Below, in pieces: positions 17,705 to 25,372 of a DNA stretch of 64,000 bases (position 1 is the first letter of the stretch; every line of letters starts with the position of its first letter). The stretch is from an uncultured virus (IMG/VR IMGVR_UViG_3300037091_000258) (taxonomy: Duplodnaviria; Heunggongvirae; Uroviricota; Caudoviricetes). The notes under the pieces are model-generated. The model was not told the origin of the DNA. It saw only the letters and a list, made by a program, of their open reading frames with translations, and did no database searches. Location of the stretch: the IMG/VR virus record IMGVR_UViG_3300037091_000258; one strand, given 5' to 3'. The position numbers and the translations under genes are program-made.

Positions 17705-17731
17705 ATGGCCGGTTATCCGGCCATTTCTTTT
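17705..17731 (+). terminator. intrinsic terminator
   Basis: ATGGCCGG-TTAT-CCGGCCAT-TTCTTTT. Confidence 0.8.
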
Positions 17732-17747
17732 GCGTAAAGGATCACAT

Positions 17748-18056
17748 ATGACTGAAGAAAACATTGGTATCGTAAGAGAGTTGAGGACGCACCAGGAGTG
17801 CACTCGACAGGATGCTAAGGTTGTGATCAAGATCTTGAAGGATAAGAACGTTACTGTCATGGATAAATTAGCCATGCTATTCGCGTTTTCTACCAACGAT
17901 AGATTTCTTGAGACTTTCCTTGATCGGAAACCAGAAGTCGACTATTGGATTATAAAAAATCTGAAAGATCTAAACGAAGGTAACGAAAACTACGAAGAAG
18001 ATAGGTCATTACTATACAAAGCAATTGCCAATGAATGGCTGAAGGAGACGACATGA
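17748..18056 (+). CDS. hypothetical protein
   Basis: AAGGA RBS before ATG 17748. Confidence 0.65.
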   Translation: MTEENIGIVRELRTHQECTRQDAKVVIKILKDKNVTVMDKLAMLFAFSTNDRFLETFLDRKPEVDYWIIKNLKDLNEGNENYEEDRSLLYKAIANEWLKETT

Positions 18057-18235
18057 AATGTGCTTGTGGTTTCAAAGGCAAGTTCGTTCCACTTGGGAAT
18101 GTCAACTCAGCTAATTTGGGAATGTACTACATTCTCAAGCCTAAAATGGAATCCAAGTATGAAGGCCTGGTAGAGCTTTACGTCTGCCCCAAATGCAAGA
18201 CCGTTAAAGCTCTAACTGACAAGGAGGCTAAATGA
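18053..18235 (+). CDS. small zinc-binding protein
   Basis: MKCACG...YVCPKC. Confidence 0.65.
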   Translation: MKCACGFKGKFVPLGNVNSANLGMYYILKPKMESKYEGLVELYVCPKCKTVKALTDKEAK

Positions 18236-18414
18236 TTCTCTACCACGACATTCCTGTACAGATCACAGATTCTTTCGTCAATAAGCTCAACGGCGAAATC
18301 TGTGTTAAGATTTCTACTGCTAATGAAAATCGTTGGTCAAACGGTTGGGTCCGAGGCAGCGATCTTACTTTTGTCGAGGGCGAAACTCTTGAATCTACTT
18401 TAAGGAGACTTTAA
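18232..18414 (+). CDS. hypothetical protein
   Basis: AAGGAGG RBS. Confidence 0.6.
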   Translation: MILYHDIPVQITDSFVNKLNGEICVKISTANENRWSNGWVRGSDLTFVEGETLESTLRRL

Positions 18415-18854
18415 TGACAGCAAAAGAAATCGTAGACTTCGTCGTAGGTTGGCTTGAAGCTGGCCAAGCAAAGCGAACTCAGACGTTTTCTGAGGTAGCT
18501 CTCACCGGACAGTTCGGCACAGAAAGCCATTACAACCAGGATGATGTCGAGAATCTCTATCAGCGCCTTGTGAAGCTGGACGAAATGGATGCAGTTTTGG
18601 TTATCAAGTGCATCTTAGAAAAGCTGAACTTCGCCGATCCTTCTATCCTCGACTCTGTCATGTCTTCGCACAACAGTCACTTTGATAAGACAGTCATCAA
18701 GATACTGAGCCAATACCAGCCGCTTTCACCGCCTACTCCTGTTTTGCTTGGGCGAATCCGGCGGTCCAAAAAGAATCCGCCAGTTGATAACCCTATGCGC
18801 AGCATCTTCGATCAACGGTGGGCAGAGGTTCAAGCCGCTTCGACAGTATCTTAG
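18414..18854 (+). CDS. hypothetical protein
   Basis: AAGGAG RBS; TAATG coupling. Confidence 0.65.
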   Translation: MTAKEIVDFVVGWLEAGQAKRTQTFSEVALTGQFGTESHYNQDDVENLYQRLVKLDEMDAVLVIKCILEKLNFADPSILDSVMSSHNSHFDKTVIKILSQYQPLSPPTPVLLGRIRRSKKNPPVDNPMRSIFDQRWAEVQAASTVS

Positions 18855-18857
18855 AAT
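18840..18857 (+). promoter_or_regulatory. putative early promoter TCGACA-N6-TAGAAT, leaderless
   Basis: conserved motif; ATG 6 nt downstream; no SD. Confidence 0.7.
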
Positions 18858-18863
18858 GATCGT

Positions 18864-19472
18864 ATGGAGATCACTACCTTTTCTTACTTCTATCCCGAAA
18901 AGCCGACCCTGATTTCAAAGGATCAGGATCTTTTCAAAAACATCATCAAGTCGGGTCAATATGTAGCGGAGCGGAAGTATAACGGAATGAGACTTCAACT
19001 CCACTATCTCAACGGAAAGTTTCAGTGCTGGAATCGCCATCATGAAGATCTGAGCCAGACGATCAAGTTCTGCCCCGAAGGTGCTTTGGCGGGAGCTCTG
19101 GCTGCTCTTCCTCTCAAAGGCTATTGTCTTTTTGATGGAGAGCTCCGCCAGAACAAGACCAAGGGTATCAAACAGAAGATGATGCTTTTCGATGTCTTCA
19201 TCTGGCAAAACGAAATGCTTCTTGGAGTTCCCTTCGCTGAGAGGCGGCAGATCCTGGCCGACTTGATTCAGGTCGATGGCGACCCGCTCGGTATTCCCTT
19301 CCAGTTCGAGGGCGACTTCGAAAAGGTTTTCAACCAGGTCGTCGTGGACGAAGAGATCGAGGGCTTGGTCATGAAGAAGAAACAAGGCCAGTTCAAAATC
19401 AGCCGGAAGAACCCAGTTGACTCCACCTGGATGTATAAGGTTCGGAAGGCTAACAACAAATATCGATTTTAG
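18864..19472 (+). CDS. minimal ATP-dependent DNA ligase (adenylation domain only)
   Basis: ERKYNGMR (KxNG), LFDGEL, LFDV, EGLVMK and WMYKVR motifs; no OB domain. Confidence 0.8.
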   Translation: MEITTFSYFYPEKPTLISKDQDLFKNIIKSGQYVAERKYNGMRLQLHYLNGKFQCWNRHHEDLSQTIKFCPEGALAGALAALPLKGYCLFDGELRQNKTKGIKQKMMLFDVFIWQNEMLLGVPFAERRQILADLIQVDGDPLGIPFQFEGDFEKVFNQVVVDEEIEGLVMKKKQGQFKISRKNPVDSTWMYKVRKANNKYRF

Positions 19473-19479
19473 GAGCAAC

Positions 19480-19848
19480 ATGGACAAGGTAGTTTTGCAT
19501 AACAAAGCAGTTAGCTTCTTTCTCCGCTCGTATTGGAGATATCAGAAGATTTCTGACTTTGTTGTAGAAAAAGACGGTGAGAAGTTCACCGTAATAACAA
19601 ATTTCCCAAAAAACAAAAACACTGGCAATATCTCTTTTAATCCAAATAGGATTGAGCAGATGTTGAGAGATGATTGCATAGGAGCAATCATTGTCCATTG
19701 CTTTGGATCAGACAACTTTGAGGTCTTTGGCATTACAACTATCAATGATCTTGCTAAAGGTATTGCTAAAACGTGGCAGCCAAACAAGTACGGTTACAAT
19801 GATTACAAGCTGGCTGCTATTCGCCACCTTAACATTCAGGCGGCTTAA
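19480..19848 (+). CDS. hypothetical protein, possible PD-(D/E)xK fold
   Basis: SDFVVEKDG pattern; AGGAG RBS. Confidence 0.5.
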   Translation: MDKVVLHNKAVSFFLRSYWRYQKISDFVVEKDGEKFTVITNFPKNKNTGNISFNPNRIEQMLRDDCIGAIIVHCFGSDNFEVFGITTINDLAKGIAKTWQPNKYGYNDYKLAAIRHLNIQAA

Positions 19849-19858
19849 GGAGAATTAC

Positions 19859-20164
19859 ATGGCAAAGAAGAAAACAACGAAGAGACCCAAGAGCTATTAC
19901 CAGAAGGTAGTAGACAAGATCCGGAAAGATCTTTTGTCCAACGTGAAAGGTATGCAGTCAGAATCAACTTCCGACGAAGAGCACGCCAGCTACGACGAAA
20001 CCATCAGCAAAATCAAAGCAGCAAAGACAATCGGCGCTCTTTCAAACGTTGCCCAAGAAATGGCTTGGGACTACGAGTCCTTCATTGGCCTCTTGCTCGA
20101 CTCTCTCGGTGGGAAAGAGCCGGTTGATTCGGCAATGTTTGACGCTTTCGGTTGGGACACATGA
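19859..20164 (+). CDS. hypothetical protein
   Basis: AAGGAG RBS before ATG 19859. Confidence 0.65.
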   Translation: MAKKKTTKRPKSYYQKVVDKIRKDLLSNVKGMQSESTSDEEHASYDETISKIKAAKTIGALSNVAQEMAWDYESFIGLLLDSLGGKEPVDSAMFDAFGWDT

Positions 20165-20457
20165 ACAGCCAAGAGCGCATCAATGAGCTCCAGCAGGAGA
20201 TCGAAAAAGAGCGTTACAAAATCGATCACTGCTGCCACATCTTCGGCGAGCCTTTCAGCAACCCTGAAAAATTCATGGAAGGCTACGGTTCGAAACTCAT
20301 GCATCAAGGCTCTGATTGCTGGACAGAGTTCGAGGGCTACAAAGAGGCCTTCAAGCCACGTTGGACAAGAACCTGCAACAAGTGTGGTCATCAGGAACAT
20401 ACCTATAAACGGAAGCCGGTCATATCTGATTATGTGCCAGACTTCGGAAAGGAATAA
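20161..20457 (+). CDS. hypothetical Cys/His-containing protein
   Basis: CCH.F...RWTRTCNKCG. Confidence 0.6.
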   Translation: MNSQERINELQQEIEKERYKIDHCCHIFGEPFSNPEKFMEGYGSKLMHQGSDCWTEFEGYKEAFKPRWTRTCNKCGHQEHTYKRKPVISDYVPDFGKE

Positions 20458-20596
20458 TTCATGTTCGTAGGAGCCGGAATAGTTCTAGCGTGTTTCGCCG
20501 CTTCGGGAGCTTTTCATGTCACCTGGTGGGCGGTGATTATTTGGATTTTGGGTAGCGCACAGCTCCTCAAGTGGATGCTCTAGAAAGGAGAATCAC

Positions 20597-20890
20597 ATGA
20601 AGGTCAACTTGGACATTCGAGACGACAAAGAGCTTCGTGACATGGTCAAGGACATGATCCGCGGTCAGGTCAAGAGCGTTATGCGGACCGACATCGACGA
20701 GATCATGAAGGAAGTGGTCGGCGACAAGACGGCCAAGCTATCCGACGTCATGGCTAAAGAGATCACCAAGGTCGTTCGGGACTTCTTCCAGAGCGGCTAT
20801 ACTCGCGGCCCTGGTTATGCCATGATCGAGAAAGAGATCAAGGAACAGGTCGCTCTCACTCTCAAGAAGGTCATCCAGGAAGCCCGCTAA
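20597..20890 (+). CDS. hypothetical protein
   Basis: AAAGGAG RBS; GC-rich codons. Confidence 0.7.
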   Translation: MKVNLDIRDDKELRDMVKDMIRGQVKSVMRTDIDEIMKEVVGDKTAKLSDVMAKEITKVVRDFFQSGYTRGPGYAMIEKEIKEQVALTLKKVIQEAR

Positions 20891-21156
20891 TGCAGGATCG
20901 GTCAAACGACATAGAAGTTAGCGGCGTCAAGATCAAAGACGAATGCCTGCTCATGGTGCAAAAAGCCATGAGCGGGTTTCCGTCCATCCGTTTCCTCTAC
21001 AATCCTATCAAGTATTTTCGAACTCCTTACTATGAGATTGCCTATGGCGGCAAGAGCAATGATGTACGAGCATTTGAAGTTGCCATCCAGGACTTCTACT
21101 GGAACCCACCTGAGCCACCCAAAAGAACCTTCTTCCAAAAGCTTTTCAACATTTAA
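20890..21156 (+). CDS. hypothetical protein
   Basis: TAATG coupling. Confidence 0.6.
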   Translation: MQDRSNDIEVSGVKIKDECLLMVQKAMSGFPSIRFLYNPIKYFRTPYYEIAYGGKSNDVRAFEVAIQDFYWNPPEPPKRTFFQKLFNI

Positions 21157-21166
21157 CAAGATAACT
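21157..21166 (+). promoter_or_regulatory. putative late promoter, leaderless
   Basis: CAAGATAACT; ATG at 21169. Confidence 0.65.
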
Positions 21167-21168
21167 TC

Positions 21169-21498
21169 ATGTTGCTCTATGAAGATTTTGTATATAGAAA
21201 ACCTGCATCTAGATATTTTGGAAAATGGCGTCTAAGTAGTTCTGGGCGATGGGGTCATTATGACTTATTCATAAAGGCCATCAAAGAGAATACTAATTCA
21301 GTCCACTTTTTAGTTTGGAGTCCAGGAGAACCAGAGTCGACTAATCCAAGTTTTAAAAAACCTTATCTGAGCGATGAATTTCACCAATGGACTGCTAATT
21401 ATGGCGGCGAACTCATACCGCAACCAAGCATTAAAGTTTTAAGAAACCTTATCAAATCCTTATTCGTCGAACATACTTATAGATTCATAAAGGACTAA
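21169..21498 (+). CDS. hypothetical protein, C-terminal 'IF-helix' family
   Basis: LRNLIKSLFVE near the C-terminus. Confidence 0.65.
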   Translation: MLLYEDFVYRKPASRYFGKWRLSSSGRWGHYDLFIKAIKENTNSVHFLVWSPGEPESTNPSFKKPYLSDEFHQWTANYGGELIPQPSIKVLRNLIKSLFVEHTYRFIKD

Positions 21499-21500
21499 TT

Positions 21501-21971
21501 ATGAACGATGAAGTATTCGCAGCCAGACAGTTTGTGCTTGTCACGTTGAGGGAACGACATACAGGAACTCCATCTACAACTTTATCCGAACTAGGCGAGA
21601 AAGCCAATAAGCGCGGAAAGTCTTTCTCTTACGATACCATCAAACAAGCCGCATGCGAGTTAGTAGCTGATCATAAAGCCAAGTTCATTTACCCCGTGTC
21701 AGATGCCAAAGTTTCTGAGAGAATTGAGGCCACTCCTATGGATCATGTAGAAGAAGGTCAATCAGGAATCGCTTGGATGTCTGAATATTGGTCTGAGCTA
21801 CAAGAAAAATATGGCGGCATGTGGGTAGCTATCAAAGACTTTGAAGTAAAATTTGCCGCTAAAAATCCGAAGCAACTCAAAAAACTTCTTGATGCCCATC
21901 CCGGACTTTGTCCTCTCTTGCAACAAATTAGTAAACCCAACACTGAAAGGAAGTGGTTTGCAGTTTTCTAG
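21501..21971 (+). CDS. winged-helix-like plus DUF5678-like protein
   Basis: C-terminal WSELQEKYGGMWVAI...EV..AAK pattern. Confidence 0.55.
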   Translation: MNDEVFAARQFVLVTLRERHTGTPSTTLSELGEKANKRGKSFSYDTIKQAACELVADHKAKFIYPVSDAKVSERIEATPMDHVEEGQSGIAWMSEYWSELQEKYGGMWVAIKDFEVKFAAKNPKQLKKLLDAHPGLCPLLQQISKPNTERKWFAVF

Positions 21972-21973
21972 CT

Positions 21974-21983
21974 CAAGATAAAT
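21974..21983 (+). promoter_or_regulatory. putative late promoter
   Basis: CAAGATAAAT followed by GGAGG RBS. Confidence 0.6.
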
Positions 21984-21999
21984 TCTGGGAGGGATTCAT

Positions 22000-22524
22000 A
22001 TGATCCCAGATATGCATCGTGAAACACTAATGGCCATCCGGCAATTAGTGCAACAGCACATTATAGATGGAAATTCAATTTTAGTGGTACGACCTATAGA
22101 TACTTATCAATACAACCAATGGCTTAACAGCGTTCTTTTTGATCTTAACTCTTGGTTGAAAGATGTCCCTTGGGGTCTCAAAGTTTTCAATTACTACACA
22201 GCCCACGTACCACCCAATCCCTCTACGAATCCAAACCTAATGACGCCGACGCCTCCGCCAAGATGGTCGTTTATTCACTTTGATCGTTTTGAAGAAGGTG
22301 ATGCAGAATGGCCAGATGTTTATGATAATGACGGACAGTATTTTAACTTCCCATGCCGATTCTTTCCTCGTCCAGTTCCGCCTCCACCAACTCCACCTTT
22401 AGAGCCGCTGACTACAGAAGAGAGTGCAGTCCAATTATTAAAGACACAGATTGTAGCCTTACAAGCAATTTACGCTCGACTCAACGCAGAGACAATACCT
22501 ACTGGGTCTATTGTATTCCCATAA
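22000..22524 (+). CDS. hypothetical Pro-rich protein
   Basis: 174 aa with RBS. Confidence 0.65.
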   Translation: MIPDMHRETLMAIRQLVQQHIIDGNSILVVRPIDTYQYNQWLNSVLFDLNSWLKDVPWGLKVFNYYTAHVPPNPSTNPNLMTPTPPPRWSFIHFDRFEEGDAEWPDVYDNDGQYFNFPCRFFPRPVPPPPTPPLEPLTTEESAVQLLKTQIVALQAIYARLNAETIPTGSIVFP

Positions 22525-22784
22525 TGAAAGCTGGCGATATTACTTACAGAAAAGATAAAGAAGTACCTGGTGAATTTTGGCACATAGCCACTGACAGCTT
22601 TAACATTCTACGTTTTACATCTTTAGAACCAAACAGATTCTTATATTCTATGCCAAGCGGATCTTATCCATCAGCTCGTTTTATTGCTGGTCGCTTTGTC
22701 AAAAATCCAGATCTACACAGAAAGAGAATAATAAAAGCTATCTTCAAAGCAAAAGTGTTTCAAGAGCATTCAGCTATGAGGTAA
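22524..22784 (+). CDS. hypothetical protein, C-terminal 'IF-helix' family
   Basis: MKAGDITY start via TAATG; RKRIIKAIFK. Confidence 0.65.
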   Translation: MKAGDITYRKDKEVPGEFWHIATDSFNILRFTSLEPNRFLYSMPSGSYPSARFIAGRFVKNPDLHRKRIIKAIFKAKVFQEHSAMR

Positions 22785-22802
22785 ACAGCATATTTCTATT
22801 GT

Positions 22803-23153
22803 ATGATCAAGTCACTAAAAAACGCTTGGTTTGGCTTAAGGTATACTTGGGCTACTCAAAGAAACCTCCGTGTCCAACTCATTATACTTTTCTTAGTAAT
22901 AATTGCAGGATTTATATTTAGCATCACACCTATCGAGTGGATTTTTGTAATGTCAGCTGGTTTTATGGTGATTGGTGCCGAAGTAGCAAACACTAGCGTG
23001 GAAAGACTAGTCGACCTTATAGAACCCAAAAGAAATATCAATTGTAAGCTTGTCAAAGACATTACTGCAGGACTCGTAATGATCGTTTGCGTTTACGCAG
23101 CAATAGTAGGAGGCATAGTCTTTATTCCAAAGCTGGTTGCTTTATTACTATGA
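22803..23153 (+). CDS. dgkA: diacylglycerol/undecaprenol kinase family (DgkA)
   Basis: AWFGL...QRNLRVQ...EW...AEVANTSVERLVDL...KLVKDITAG. Confidence 0.85.
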   Translation: MIKSLKNAWFGLRYTWATQRNLRVQLIILFLVIIAGFIFSITPIEWIFVMSAGFMVIGAEVANTSVERLVDLIEPKRNINCKLVKDITAGLVMIVCVYAAIVGGIVFIPKLVALLL

Positions 23154-23187
23154 GCATAGTTATTATTCACATTGAAAAGGTTGTCTC

Positions 23188-23685
23188 ATGGCAAGAAAAG
23201 AAACATTCCGAGAGGAGTGTAATCTTCTAATAGAAGAAGTTCGTTTGTTAACGAATCTTTACAAAAATAAATATCTAAAAGACTGGAGTAAAAAATTAGC
23301 TGGTAAAGTTCTCTCTGATAGATTATGGAGATTCAAATCATCAGCCTATTGCGGTCTTATATCATTGAGCGCTTCGAAGTGGCCCGCTAAGGATAGGGTA
23401 TTGGATCATGCTCTTGGGCGACTCAATAGCAGTCTTCAAATTGTGAAGATGATTGAAGCCAATGACGACACAAGAAATATCATAGCTTTTATGCGTAGAG
23501 CCGTTTCTACTATTCGTGTAACAAAAGACGAAAATATGTTATTGAAGAAGTCTCAGAGGCATGGGCTCATGACTCTCAAAAATTATGAATCTGTTTGTGG
23601 TAAATTGTATTGGTTAGAAAAGAGCGCTCGTAAACATAAAATTCGTTTAGCCACAGCAAGAGAAAAAAGAAAATTATTTGGTTAA
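23188..23685 (+). CDS. hypothetical basic protein
   Basis: 165 aa; DH...VTKDEN pattern weakly HNH-like. Confidence 0.55.
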   Translation: MARKETFREECNLLIEEVRLLTNLYKNKYLKDWSKKLAGKVLSDRLWRFKSSAYCGLISLSASKWPAKDRVLDHALGRLNSSLQIVKMIEANDDTRNIIAFMRRAVSTIRVTKDENMLLKKSQRHGLMTLKNYESVCGKLYWLEKSARKHKIRLATAREKRKLFG

Positions 23686-23693
23686 GCATAGTT

Positions 23694-23703
23694 CAAGATA
23701 ATA
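23694..23703 (+). promoter_or_regulatory. putative late promoter, leaderless
   Basis: CAAGATAATA; ATG at 23706. Confidence 0.6.
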
Positions 23704-23705
23704 TC

Positions 23706-24098
23706 ATGAAAGTATTTGTTTTAGAAGATGACGAGAATAGACTATCAGTGTTCCACAGAGAAATTCCAAGAATTTTTCCAAATTGTGAATATTATTTTTC
23801 AATAAGCGCTTCAGGCGCTAAGGCTATTTTGGCTCAACATAAAGTGTTTGACTTGATTTGTCTTGATCACGACTTAGGCGGTCAAATCTTCGTAAATTCT
23901 TCAATGGAGAATACAGGATATCAGGTAGCTAAGTTCATACGGCAAAACGGCATAAAAAGCCGATTTCTTATTTGCCATAGTTTAAATCCTGTAGGAACAG
24001 AGAATATTGTAAACGTTTTCCCAGGATGCTTCCGTGTACCATTTCCAACTTTAATGTCTTACTTACGCTTGTTAGCACAGGAGCTTAAAAATGAATAA
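23706..24098 (+). CDS. cyclic-phosphate-processing receiver domain protein
   Basis: VFVLEDD...ICLDHDLGG...TGYQVAKFI...CHSLNPVG. Confidence 0.8.
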   Translation: MKVFVLEDDENRLSVFHREIPRIFPNCEYYFSISASGAKAILAQHKVFDLICLDHDLGGQIFVNSSMENTGYQVAKFIRQNGIKSRFLICHSLNPVGTENIVNVFPGCFRVPFPTLMSYLRLLAQELKNE

Positions 24099-24342
24099 AA
24101 GCATAGAATACTATATGACTCTCAACTACGAAGTCAAGACTGAAAAGATACCAACCGAAGAAGGTGGCGGATGGACTGCTTGGATTCCTTTGTTAGGTGA
24201 ATATTTTTGCGTAGGTGATGGCGATACCGAGGAAGAGGCAATAAAGGATTTAATGAAGTGGAGGGCTGAGTGCTTCAAGATTCTCATTCAACAGGGAATA
24301 CATATTCCTGAACCAGGGGGCAAAAATCTTGAAGATAATTAG
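24091..24342 (+). CDS. hicB: HicB-family antitoxin-like protein (orphan)
   Basis: YY..L.Y.......EEGGGW.A.IP.L....GDGDT.EEAI..L.......G..IPEP. Confidence 0.8.
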   Translation: MNKSIEYYMTLNYEVKTEKIPTEEGGGWTAWIPLLGEYFCVGDGDTEEEAIKDLMKWRAECFKILIQQGIHIPEPGGKNLEDN

Positions 24343-25045
24343 CGCGCATGACACTAAGATCGCTCAATTAGATTGCTCGTGTTGCAGCGACAATGAACAT
24401 ATAATAATTACTAAAACTAAAAACTGGGACCCCATCTGGGATCCGGAAGATTATTGTTTTACATTCGAATTTATAGACAAAGATGAATACAAATCTCTTT
24501 GGCAAAGAATTAAAAGGGCTGTCTGGTATTTAAAAACTAAAGAAGGTAATCAACAGAACAGTGTCATGGTAGAGATCAGGGAGTTGAAGGAATTCTATAA
24601 ATTACTCTATGAAGAGTCAAAAACATTCTTGGACCCTTCTCAATATCTTTTGATAAACGAACCAGTACCACCAAAAATTCGCAAAGAGTATGGAAACTGG
24701 AAGCCAAACGATATGCCGCCGAAAATGTATGATGCTTACCTTTTTGAAACTGTAGATTTTGCTTTTGGTTTTTTTGGCGACGAAAGAGAAGGCTTATCGG
24801 CTGATCAAATGGACATTGATACTTTCATTTTTGATTTCAAGAAAGAAAAGTATTCATGGGAACGCCAACAAATTTGGGGTTGGTTACGTTGGGGTTATAA
24901 GAGCGGCATTGAACACCATGAAATTTGCATCAATAAGTATCAACTGATCAACTTATTAGCTGCAATGAGTTGGTGCATTAAAAGTCACAGAGAAGATGCT
25001 AAGGATAAATACGGTCCAAAATATATCCAGCTGGAGATACTATGA
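24329..25045 (+). CDS. hypothetical protein with internal duplication
   Basis: 238 aa; SLWQRIKRAVWYL and SWERQQIWGWLRW halves. Confidence 0.55.
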   Translation: MKIISAHDTKIAQLDCSCCSDNEHIIITKTKNWDPIWDPEDYCFTFEFIDKDEYKSLWQRIKRAVWYLKTKEGNQQNSVMVEIRELKEFYKLLYEESKTFLDPSQYLLINEPVPPKIRKEYGNWKPNDMPPKMYDAYLFETVDFAFGFFGDEREGLSADQMDIDTFIFDFKKEKYSWERQQIWGWLRWGYKSGIEHHEICINKYQLINLLAAMSWCIKSHREDAKDKYGPKYIQLEIL

Positions 25046-25326
25046 CGTTTGTAGAAAAATGTGTCAACGGATTGGTTAAGCTCGAGGAAGTTGACGACTA
25101 TGTTGAAGAGTGGCATAGAAATTCTGAGCATCACCACGAGTCTTTAAGAGAGTTCTTAGGAATGACCCAGAAAGAATTTGGTCGTTGGCTCAGAGAAGCA
25201 GAAGCTTTGCGTGAAATAATAAAAGAACATAAAATTCGAGAGGAGCCGTACTTAACGACGGAGCGAGGAAGAACAAGAGTAGACGGAATAACTCCCCTCG
25301 ATAAAATTGGGGACAACCCCGACTAA
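25042..25326 (+). CDS. conserved hypothetical protein
   Basis: VDDYVEEWH...LREFLGMT..EF..W. Confidence 0.65.
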   Translation: MTFVEKCVNGLVKLEEVDDYVEEWHRNSEHHHESLREFLGMTQKEFGRWLREAEALREIIKEHKIREEPYLTTERGRTRVDGITPLDKIGDNPD

Positions 25327-25372
25327 ACGGAACTCATATAAATGATAATCTACAGGAGGAAATATAGAAATT

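Noticed and set aside
20890..21156. C-terminal RTFFQKLF as a member of the 'IF-helix' family
   Set aside because: It follows a Pro-rich linker and matches the common FFxKLF membrane-targeting tail; it lies in the early block, so it was left out.
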